A DNA stretch of 64,000 nucleotides. Source: Candidatus Latescibacterota bacterium (GTDB taxonomy: Bacteria > Latescibacterota > UBA2968 > UBA8231). A model generated the notes under the pieces. That model was not told where the DNA came from and made no database searches. It saw nothing but the letters and a program-made list of their open reading frames with translations. Location: the NCBI GenBank assembly GCA_965204725.1, contig OZ242005.1, positions 5,024,001-5,088,000 on the forward strand. The letters are read 5' to 3'. Shown here piece by piece: positions 1 through 8,384 of the stretch. Positions within the stretch are counted from its first letter, which is position 1, and every line of letters starts with the position of its first letter. A program made the translations under genes and the position numbers.

Positions 1-38
1 ACAGCAATATATAACATCTCTTAAATGATGTAGAATTG

Positions 39-2315
39 CTATAGGCGTATGTATTCGTCTTTGATGCCATAGTCTTGAATGTGTTTTTTTACAAAACTTA
101 TTTTGCCATCTCTACTCTCTCTGAATTTGTATTTCTCTTTTAGACTTGTTTCCTCAAGAAAATCGAAATCATGCAGCACTTTGTACAAGTCTTCTCTTAA
201 AAAATGGAAAGCAATTTTATCTCTTTTGCTTATTATACCCGAGTTGCTCTGCATAAAAATATCCGTTAGAAGCCAACCCTGTTCGTATTCCTGCCACAAT
301 GCCTCGTCCTGCGGAATAAAAAGATAAGCGGGCGCGGACGGTTTCAGTTTTGTCCATTCCATGTCGTCCTTTTTGCTTGCCAACAGGGTTTTGTATTTTT
401 CGTGCCGCCTTCCCCATAAATCGGCGTGATACACGGCCCGCCGCAGCCCTTGCTTTTTTATCATCAGCGAGACCGCCACGCCTTGCTCGATGTCGAATAT
501 GTTCTCGTCTTTCGCCCCCACTGGGGGTTGCTCTTTTTTTCGCGTATTGCCGTGCAGGTCGAGAAGGTATATCTGATTAAAGGTTTGCAGTAAGGAGTGC
601 CGCATCCCCCGAAAAGTGGGATTGTCCAAAAAGGAATGATTGGTGATAATCGCGACGACGCCTTCTTCCACTTGCTCCATTTTCCACTGGGCGAAGCGGA
701 TAAATTTCACGTAATCGTCTTGCAGCCACTTGACGTTTTTTTCGCCTAGCGGTTTGCCAGCCACTTTTTTGTACGTGTCAATTTCCTTTGTGATCCAAGT
801 GCCAGTGTTCTTGGAATGTCCCGAATAGGGTGGGTTGCCAGTAATGACCAAAATGGGCCGGTCCTTGATGGCCTGTGCAGCCCGTACTTCGAGCGTCAGG
901 GCTGGCAACAGCCAATTCGCCTGCGGCTCTATGGGCTCTAACGTGTTGGTTAGGTAAATGTTCAGCCGCTCGTCGTCCTGCATGGCGTAGCCTTTGTCTT
1001 GCAGAAATTGCGACAGCTTGAGATGAGCAACCGTGTACGGAGCGATGAGGAACTCAAAGCCGTACAGGTTTTTCAGGATGTGCTCCTTTACAATTCGTCG
1101 GTGCAAGCCCTTGGATGTCCCCGCGAATATCCGCTGCAACACTTCGAGCAGAAAAGTGCCCGTGCCGGTGGCAAAGTCCAGCACGGTGACGCGCTTGTGG
1201 TCGGCCAGTCCTCGGCGAATGCCAAAGGTCCGCTTGAGAATATCCTCTGCGGCTTGGACGATGAAGCTGACCACCGGCGGCGGAGTGTAGTACACGCCGC
1301 GCCCTTTTCGCGTCTCCTTGTCGTACGCACTCAGAAAATCCTCGTAGAAATACACATAAGGGTCTTTGTCGAACAGCAACCGCTCTTCCTCGGTGGAGTG
1401 CCGCGTCCCCTTGGCAAAGGCGAGGTCGGCGTGAATGGCCGCCAAATCGAGCGCGTTCATAATGCCGAGGATTTCTTCTAACAGCCACTTGATGTCTTGG
1501 TACTCGGGCCGCTCCAACTCGTCTAGGAAGCCCACCAATTCGCGGATGAGCGCGAAATTAGCGGGAATGTGGTTCTTGGCGTTTTGGAGGGTCACCGCGT
1601 CTGCTTCGGCGTTCAGCTTTGCCAAGAACAGGCCGTAGCCCAGCGTCTGGGCGAACGCATTGGCAAACTCGTCGAGAGACAGTTCGTAAAACACGGCCTC
1701 CGTAAAAAACTCGTATAGACCATAGAGCCGCCCCGGCGGCGGCTCCCGTTCCTGCCGCTCCAGTTCTTCGCGCAGGAAATCGCGCAGATCGTGGCAGCGC
1801 ATGGCGAGGGCCTCGGCTAGCTTCTTGGCGTCCGCCAATTTTTGCGGCACCGCCGACAAAAAGCTACCGATCAGCCCGGCCACTTTTTCGGCCTTGTCGG
1901 GATCTAGCCGTGCCCGGCGGTTGCCAACATCGCTGCGATAACAGAGCGTCTCCCGCTTGGCAATGTGGCCGTCTTGCAACCACACCCATTCGAGGTAGTT
2001 GGTCACAACGATGTTGTTGGAGAGCTGCTTGTACTTGGCGATTTGCGTGGATTGCAGAACGGAGTCTAAGGATTCGTCGATCTTCTTGTTTTCCAAATAG
2101 CCGAGAATCGCCTCGTGGACCTTGAACTTAAAGTCCGGCGCACCGAGTCGGTTCGCATCCCGCTTAGGCTCGTGAATGACGGCGATGGTTGAGTCAGCGC
2201 GAGCCGCCAAAGACTTGAGCAGGTTTTCCAGCGGACCGCGCAAGGTGTGCTCTGTGGCCTCGGAAACATCCAGTTCTTTAATGGCCTCAAAATACGGCGC
2301 AAAGAGGTCGCTCAT
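39..2315 (-). CDS. Type ISP/IIG-like restriction-modification enzyme (PD-(D/E)xK nuclease + N6-adenine MTase), C-terminally truncated
   Basis: GAPDF...GYLENK nuclease motif, GVYYTP, LDFATGTGTF (SAM motif I), ITGNPPY (motif IV), LDLHGN, ENIFDIEQGV; stops just where the target-recognition domain begins. Start taken at ATG 2315 (MSDLF). Confidence 0.85.
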   Translation of the reverse strand: MSDLFAPYFEAIKELDVSEATEHTLRGPLENLLKSLAARADSTIAVIHEPKRDANRLGAPDFKFKVHEAILGYLENKKIDESLDSVLQSTQIAKYKQLSNNIVVTNYLEWVWLQDGHIAKRETLCYRSDVGNRRARLDPDKAEKVAGLIGSFLSAVPQKLADAKKLAEALAMRCHDLRDFLREELERQEREPPPGRLYGLYEFFTEAVFYELSLDEFANAFAQTLGYGLFLAKLNAEADAVTLQNAKNHIPANFALIRELVGFLDELERPEYQDIKWLLEEILGIMNALDLAAIHADLAFAKGTRHSTEEERLLFDKDPYVYFYEDFLSAYDKETRKGRGVYYTPPPVVSFIVQAAEDILKRTFGIRRGLADHKRVTVLDFATGTGTFLLEVLQRIFAGTSKGLHRRIVKEHILKNLYGFEFLIAPYTVAHLKLSQFLQDKGYAMQDDERLNIYLTNTLEPIEPQANWLLPALTLEVRAAQAIKDRPILVITGNPPYSGHSKNTGTWITKEIDTYKKVAGKPLGEKNVKWLQDDYVKFIRFAQWKMEQVEEGVVAIITNHSFLDNPTFRGMRHSLLQTFNQIYLLDLHGNTRKKEQPPVGAKDENIFDIEQGVAVSLMIKKQGLRRAVYHADLWGRRHEKYKTLLASKKDDMEWTKLKPSAPAYLFIPQDEALWQEYEQGWLLTDIFMQSNSGIISKRDKIAFHFLREDLYKVLHDFDFLEETSLKEKYKFRESRDGKISFVKKHIQDYGIKDEYIRL

Positions 2316-2371
2316 TGTGTATTCTTCCTCGATAACCAACGGCATACTATTCGGCCTCTAATGATTTAGCT

Positions 2372-2476
2372 TAGTACGCGACCCTTTCGCTGCGTCCGGG
2401 ATCGAGGGCGTCCCGCCCTCGACGAGGGCAAGATGCCCTCGATCCTGGGGAGGTTGGCCGCTGGTGTCGTGTAGTA
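2372..2476. mobile_element. MITE-like element family A, copy 1
   Basis: Imperfect terminal IR TAGTACGCGAC / GTCGTGTAGTA, internal palindrome GGATCGAGGGC...GCCCTCGATCC; shared with 7797-7851 and 40385-40515. Confidence 0.75.
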
Positions 2477-2536
2477 AGTGATTTAGGATTGCTACACCAC
2501 CAGCGCAAGGGAAAAACGCAAACCATGTTATGCCGT

Positions 2537-4348
2537 TCACTGCTCTCGATCCAAGAATTGTCGCGCCTCCGCGTGGTTGGGATCGTGCTGCAAGACGCGG
2601 GCCAAGGTGCGCTGGGCTGCGTCCGCTGAACCGTGGCGCGCCAACAGCAAGCCCTGCCGATACAGGGCTTCCGCGTCGCCGGGATCGAGCTCAATACACG
2701 CCTGAAAGCTGCGCCAAGCCTTGCGCGGCTGTCCCAATTGCAGGTGCGCCAATCCGAGCAAATAGTGGCTGTCGCGGTGATCGGGGTCGATAGTCAAGGC
2801 GCGTTGGCTGGCAATCGCCACGGCCTGCGGATCGCCGGCTTGGTACGCCACCTTGGCCGAGCCGTAATGCGCCCGCACCGAAGTAGAATCCACGTCGAGT
2901 GCTCGGTTAAAGAAATGACGAGCAGAGTCCGGCTGGTCGCTAGCGGCATACGCTTCGCCCAACAGGCAGTGAACCTCCACGTGGTCCGGGGCCAGCGCGA
3001 GGGCGCGTTGGAGGACTGAGATGCCCCGCGCCGGTGCGTCTTGATACAGATAGACCATGCCCAAGCGAATGCGCGCCCGCAGGTGGGAGGAATCGGCCTC
3101 CACAGCGCGGGTCAGCAGCGCTGCGGCGCGATCCCAAGAGCCGCGATTGGCATTGCGTAGCCCCGCCTTGTAGTGGCGGTCGACCGCGCTCAGCCGCTGG
3201 AACTCGGCTGCGGCGGCCGCCGCTTGGTCGGGTTGCCCGGCCTGTGCGTATGCCAAGCTCAGCCGGTAATAGACGCTGTAATCGGCCGGATTTAACTGGA
3301 GCGCACGTTCCAAAGTAGCGACCGCGGCCGGATGACGCTGCTTGGTATAGACGCCGGCCAAATCGACGAGGGCGGCCGCGTTTTCCGGGGCCAAGGTCAA
3401 GACCTTTTTAAGCATGGCGGCCGCGGCAACCAAATCGCCGCTGCGGGCCAGCAAGTCGCTGCGTCGGTGCAGGGCTTGGACGTGGTCCGGTTGCAAGGCG
3501 AGTACCGAGTCGTACGCGGCCAACGCCCCTTCAAAATCCGCCAAAGATCGCCGCGCTTCCCCGAGGCGAAAGTGATAGTGCGGTTGGTCCGCGCTTTGTG
3601 CAATAGCCCGCTGAAAACAAGCGGCCGCGCCCTCGTACTGATGCTGCATTTGCAAGGTGGTGCCCAGTGCGTAGTGCAAGTCGGCCTGTTCCGGCGCGAG
3701 GGCTATGGCGCGTTCAAACGCGGGTGTGGCCTGCTCGTTTTCGTTCAAGCGGGCGTGTGCCAAACCCATGTAGAAATGCGTCTGCGCGAGGCCGGGCGCA
3801 TGCGCGGCGGCTCGCTTTAGCACGGCGAGTGCCCGGCGGTGGCGGCCCTGTTTGAGCAACGCCTCGCCGCGCTGGCTCAACAGCGCACCCCACTGCTGGG
3901 CTTTGCGGGCCAGCAGCGAATCCGGCAAGGCCCGTTCTAGCGGCTCGGGATAGACGCGCACCTCGTGCCCGCGCTGTTGGCGCACCCTCGCCAACAAGGC
4001 CCCGGGCGTGCCTTCCTTCAGAGCGGCTGGGTACGGGTCTTGGTAATAAGCGCGGATCTCTGCGGCGGCTAGCTGGGTGCTATCCAAGCCTTGGGCACGG
4101 GCCGCCGACTGCAACAAATAGCGATCGATGATTAGCTGGAGATACTGGCGTCGAACCGCCGCGGCGTCTTGGGGCCGGGCTGCGTCCAACAGGCCGAGGT
4201 CGGCGGCGGGAAGCTGCTCGACGTAAGCGCGTAGGGCGTCGGCATCAATGCGATGAGGGCCAATCGCTGCGACCACCGGGGCGTCGGCCGGCGCACACGC
4301 TGGCAGCACCCAAACGACCCACCCCAGCGCCCCTCTTCCCCAGCGCAT
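2537..4348 (-). CDS. Exported TPR-repeat protein with SurA N-terminal-like domain (probable lipoprotein)
   Basis: Hydrophobic N-terminus ending LPAC, VVAAIG...RRQYLQLIIDRYLL SurA-N-like segment, many TPR motifs; ATG 4348 directly follows the upstream stop. Confidence 0.8.
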   Translation of the reverse strand: MRWGRGALGWVVWVLPACAPADAPVVAAIGPHRIDADALRAYVEQLPAADLGLLDAARPQDAAAVRRQYLQLIIDRYLLQSAARAQGLDSTQLAAAEIRAYYQDPYPAALKEGTPGALLARVRQQRGHEVRVYPEPLERALPDSLLARKAQQWGALLSQRGEALLKQGRHRRALAVLKRAAAHAPGLAQTHFYMGLAHARLNENEQATPAFERAIALAPEQADLHYALGTTLQMQHQYEGAAACFQRAIAQSADQPHYHFRLGEARRSLADFEGALAAYDSVLALQPDHVQALHRRSDLLARSGDLVAAAAMLKKVLTLAPENAAALVDLAGVYTKQRHPAAVATLERALQLNPADYSVYYRLSLAYAQAGQPDQAAAAAAEFQRLSAVDRHYKAGLRNANRGSWDRAAALLTRAVEADSSHLRARIRLGMVYLYQDAPARGISVLQRALALAPDHVEVHCLLGEAYAASDQPDSARHFFNRALDVDSTSVRAHYGSAKVAYQAGDPQAVAIASQRALTIDPDHRDSHYLLGLAHLQLGQPRKAWRSFQACIELDPGDAEALYRQGLLLARHGSADAAQRTLARVLQHDPNHAEARQFLDREQ

Positions 4349-4353
4349 CTGAA

Positions 4354-6486
4354 TCAATAGACGAGCGAGATCGTGCCGACCCGGCTCGCGGTCTCGGCGT
4401 CCGTGTCTAGGGAGATGCGGTAGATATAGTGCCCCGGCGGCACCGGCTGGCCGGCGTCGTCGCGCCCATCCCACACCGGCACGGCGGCGCCGCGGTCGAA
4501 CAAGCCGCGCACCGCGTTTAGCTGCTTTAACTGCCGCACCCGCCGGCCCGCCAGATCGTAGATGCCCACGGTGAGCGTGCGCTGCACTGACACGTCGTGG
4601 AGCTGAAAGCGGAACTCGGCCGCGTCGTTGAGGCCGTCGCCATTGGGGGTGAATGGATTGGGCGCGACGCGAACTCGCGCCAGCGGATTCGCGCCCAACT
4701 CGTCGGTGCGTACGCCGAGGGAATTGCCCGGAAAGTCAATGGAGGCGTCCCCGGGATCAATGAGTTGTTTGACGCCGTCGCTCTCGCTATCGAAGACCCA
4801 GCCTTGGAACTGGGTTCCATAGCGCACCACGTGGGCGGCGAACTCCACCTCGATGAGCTTGAAGGTGTCGCTCGCGCCCGCCAGCTTGGGCAGGGCCACG
4901 ACGATGCGGTCGTCGAGGATTTCGACCGGAAAGTCGCGGCCCAAAACCACGCCATCCACGCGCACGGCATGCACGGCCTCGGCGCGAGTCAGGGTGAAAA
5001 TTTCCAGCCGATCAAAGCCCGTGTCGCCGGTCGCAAAGGTCGGCCGCACGCTATAGGTGAAGTCCGTGCTCTCGTTGCGCGCGACATCCTGCGGCCAAAT
5101 CTCCCCAACGACCTCTAACGCGGCCGGCGGCGCGAACTGAATTTCTAGGGTGCGCAACGCACCGGCTTGGTGCAAGCTGGACAGGAAAATTACTTGGATT
5201 TGCAAATAGCGCTCGGGGCCGGGCGAGAGGATGGGGGTGCCATCGGCCCACGCGGCCGCTGCTAAGGTCGAATCGCGCTGACCGGCCATCAGCGCGTAGG
5301 GTGCCGACCAGAAGCTCCAGTTCTCTTCGTCGAGCGTCGTAAAGCGCACGGACAAATCGGCGCGTTCAAACTCCTTGCGGATTAACTGCGTTGGCTCGCC
5401 TTCTATGTTGCTCGGCACCCAGTACAAATTCGGGTCTGGGTCGCGGCCCGAGCGCGTGCGAATAATCACGCTAGACCCCTCTGCAAACGCGCCATCCCAG
5501 CGAATTTTGCCCCACGCCATGGGCGCACCAAAGTCGAGCACGGCCGTGGTGTACACGGCGCGTTCGACAAAGCCCTCGCCAAAAATCTCAAATTCGGCGA
5601 TCTCCCAGTTTTCAATCGGGTTGAGTGGACGCACGGCTACCCACTGGAACTGCTGGGTAGGGAAGCGAATATCGACGATGGGGTCCAAGTTTTCGGTTTC
5701 CTTGCTCAGGGTAATCAGGCGCGAGTCGTTGGGCGCATCTACGCGGGTGCTGCTTATCCGCGTGAACCAGCGGTTTTCAGCGGTGCTCAAATAGCAATGG
5801 GAGGCAAATTTGTTGGAGCTGTTGGCCGCTGAGACCTCGTACCACGGCAGAAAATTTTCGGCAAAATCCTCCTCGGCCAAGTCTTCTTTGGCCAGTCGCG
5901 GCTCGCCCATCAGCGCGAGCAACTCGTCGATTTTGGGGTTGGCAGTGCCCAGCCGCGGGTAAAAGCGGATCCGATTGATCGGGTAGTTGATGCCCAACTC
6001 GACGATTGAGTTTTGGACGTACAATCGAGTCTGGATGCCGCTGTTCTCGCTGGTGCTGACGTTGAAAAACGCCGCCGTGTTGGGGTCGCCGTCGAACATG
6101 GGGGCCACCTGTACCAGTTGGGTGGAGATGTCGCTGCAACTCCCGCTGGTGGTGATGTTGTTGGAAATGCCGCGGGCAATGCGGGTGCGGGCCTCGGGGT
6201 GCGCCAAGTTCAAATCCGGCGGCACGAAAAACGGCCGCATCCACGGCCCATCGGCCGCATCCACGATCTCGTTGAGCGTGTCTTCCCACGTGGCATAGGC
6301 GATATTGGAAGCCACTGGGCGCATCTCAAGCGGCGCGCCCGCAGAATCGAGCACCGCGTAGTGCCCCGGCTCAAACGACAGGGGTGCCGTCCAAGCATTG
6401 CCGTCCTCGCCGCCAAGTTTGTACGCGTTGAAAGCGAGGGCCGGCAAGGCACTCAACGCGCCGAGCAAAAGACCAATAAAGAGCAT
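4354..6486 (-). CDS. Large secreted protein with C-terminal FlgD Ig-like / FTPNGDG domain (paralog 1)
   Basis: Signal peptide, discoidin-like INRIRFYPR/EIAEFEIFG, RTRSG, WSFWS, SPGPERY, PNPFTPNGDGLND, IYDLAGRRV, WDGRD. Confidence 0.8.
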   Translation of the reverse strand: MLFIGLLLGALSALPALAFNAYKLGGEDGNAWTAPLSFEPGHYAVLDSAGAPLEMRPVASNIAYATWEDTLNEIVDAADGPWMRPFFVPPDLNLAHPEARTRIARGISNNITTSGSCSDISTQLVQVAPMFDGDPNTAAFFNVSTSENSGIQTRLYVQNSIVELGINYPINRIRFYPRLGTANPKIDELLALMGEPRLAKEDLAEEDFAENFLPWYEVSAANSSNKFASHCYLSTAENRWFTRISSTRVDAPNDSRLITLSKETENLDPIVDIRFPTQQFQWVAVRPLNPIENWEIAEFEIFGEGFVERAVYTTAVLDFGAPMAWGKIRWDGAFAEGSSVIIRTRSGRDPDPNLYWVPSNIEGEPTQLIRKEFERADLSVRFTTLDEENWSFWSAPYALMAGQRDSTLAAAAWADGTPILSPGPERYLQIQVIFLSSLHQAGALRTLEIQFAPPAALEVVGEIWPQDVARNESTDFTYSVRPTFATGDTGFDRLEIFTLTRAEAVHAVRVDGVVLGRDFPVEILDDRIVVALPKLAGASDTFKLIEVEFAAHVVRYGTQFQGWVFDSESDGVKQLIDPGDASIDFPGNSLGVRTDELGANPLARVRVAPNPFTPNGDGLNDAAEFRFQLHDVSVQRTLTVGIYDLAGRRVRQLKQLNAVRGLFDRGAAVPVWDGRDDAGQPVPPGHYIYRISLDTDAETASRVGTISLVY

Positions 6487-6604
6487 ATCCCGACCTCGGC
6501 TTTTAAGGGATGGAGGGCGTGGATGCAACACAAGCCGACGGTACGCAGTTTACCGGAAAATGCTTCATGTTTCAAGTAAATTGCAAGATCAAGATATAGA
6601 GTAG

Positions 6605-6637
6605 CAAAAGGGGACCTCTTTCAAAAGTGAGACCCCA
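6605..6637 (-). terminator. Probable intrinsic terminator after the SGNH gene
   Basis: Minus strand GGGGTCTC-loop-GAGGTCCCC followed by TTTT; imperfect stem. Confidence 0.4.
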
Positions 6638-6667
6638 TTTCGCGAACTCGCCCCTTTAGCCCTCGCA

Positions 6668-7726
6668 CTACCAAGGAATGGCGTCGTATAGAAAGGCCGC
6701 GGCCTCGGCGTGTGCCCGACTGTTGGGATGCAAATCCGTCGGGTGAACCCAATAGTCCCGGGCGTCCTTGCCAGCGAATAGCGGGAGCAGGTCCACGTGG
6801 TGGATCCCCTCTTGCCGCGCCACGGCCTCAATGATTTCGTGGACCTCTGTTAGGGGGTAGGCGTCCAGTTGGTGGAATACAGGCCAGACGACCAAAGAGA
6901 AGGCAATCCCCTTCGCCGAGCAGTACGTCTTCATCCGGCGGAGCACCTGCCGGGTCTGGGGCCAATGGGGGTTGTTGGTGTAGAGTTGTCGATACCACTC
7001 AATGGTTTCGCCAGCGATCTGCTGCCGGTGCAAGCGCCGGGCAAACCAACGCAGGGTATAGCTGGCCCGTCCCGCCAAGTTAGATTCCCCTTCCTTCTTC
7101 AAAGGAGGTCCTTTACCTTTATTAATTGGATCATTTAGGACAAACAAATACACGACGCGATCAACCCGAGCAAGGAACTTGGCGTAGCGCTCCATTTTCT
7201 GGGCGATCCGATCGATATCCCAGCCCGGCTTACAGCCATTGAAGAGCCGATAATGCTCGGCTGGGTACTCCCGATTCAATCGGGCCTCCAAGACATTTGA
7301 AAAGCGATCCACCACCCGCACCCCGTAACCAAAGCAAAAGGAGTCGCCGACCAACAAGACGATTTTGTCCCGCTCCGCATCGAACGCAGCCATGGGCCGC
7401 TCGCGCAGTCTCTCTTCGTTGCGGCGTATCTCAATGGCATTGGGCACTTTACGCGGCGATAGATTGGCGAAAGCGGGATCTTTGCTGACATTCCACTGAT
7501 AGGTCAACTCCCCAAACGGGTGTGCCCGCCGCAGATCCCAGTCGGGCGTACCCGCAAAGTGGTCGTCGTAGCACACTAGATCAAGGCTTGGATCGTCTGT
7601 CTTGTAATAGACCATGGGATAGATCGGCTCGGCCTGAGCGAGGAGCCAAAAAGAGACTTCAACCACGAGCGCACTAACGGCCAAACTGGCAACGACCAAC
7701 AGCAACTTACCGCCGATCTTGCTCAT
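6668..7726 (-). CDS. Membrane-anchored SGNH/GDSL hydrolase
   Basis: N-terminal TM helix, VGDSFCFG block I, FVLND block III, DLHPN (DxH) block V. Confidence 0.85.
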   Translation of the reverse strand: MSKIGGKLLLVVASLAVSALVVEVSFWLLAQAEPIYPMVYYKTDDPSLDLVCYDDHFAGTPDWDLRRAHPFGELTYQWNVSKDPAFANLSPRKVPNAIEIRRNEERLRERPMAAFDAERDKIVLLVGDSFCFGYGVRVVDRFSNVLEARLNREYPAEHYRLFNGCKPGWDIDRIAQKMERYAKFLARVDRVVYLFVLNDPINKGKGPPLKKEGESNLAGRASYTLRWFARRLHRQQIAGETIEWYRQLYTNNPHWPQTRQVLRRMKTYCSAKGIAFSLVVWPVFHQLDAYPLTEVHEIIEAVARQEGIHHVDLLPLFAGKDARDYWVHPTDLHPNSRAHAEAAAFLYDAIPW

Positions 7727-7796
7727 AAGGCGGCCGGCTCCTGCTGCCCACAGGCGACGAGCACCGCCATGCCCCGTGCGCTCCACATCGACAAAT

Positions 7797-7851
7797 GGGC
7801 AAGAGGCCCTCGATCCTTAGAAGGCTGGAGGCTGGTGTCGTGTAGCAAGTG
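7797..7851. repeat. MITE-like family A, partial copy 2 (right half)
   Basis: GGGCAAGAGGCCCTCGATCC...GCTGGTGTCGTGTAGCAAGTG matches the right half of copies 1 and 3. Confidence 0.7.
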
Positions 7852-8384
7852 GAGCACTAAAAGAGGCGTGGCTAGCCCTAGGCCGCACTCGGCGTACAGA
7901 CGAAGGCCGCATGGCACTGCGAGGGCCTTGGAGCCGTGCAGCAAGCCCCTCGCTACGCCAAACGACCTCGCACGATCGGTAGGCCGATGATGAGAAGCAG
8001 AGAATTTCGTGCTTAGTGATCGAGAAGAATTGGGGGGTAATTTCTTGTCTTTCAACGACTTACAGCATTTATTGAAGGTGAAATCTTGGCACTGGTAGTA
8101 CGAGGGAGTCGGCGTGGCGGGTTGGGCCAGCAACAACGGCATCGCCAATGGGAGGTAGTTTCTCATCTTCCGGTCCGTCCGACGGGCGGAACAGTGCGCT
8201 CCGCTTCAGGGCTACAAGCATAAGAAAACGCCAAAGAGGGGCGTGTCAAGAACGCATCGAAGGAGGGCGAAAGGCGATTTTCACCGATTCGGGTATTTAT
8301 TAGATAGCTTCACGAAAAAACTCGTTATGCACTCTTTTGGCTGGGTTCTATATTAGCACATCCATTTCTAACAGGCAGGCTCTT

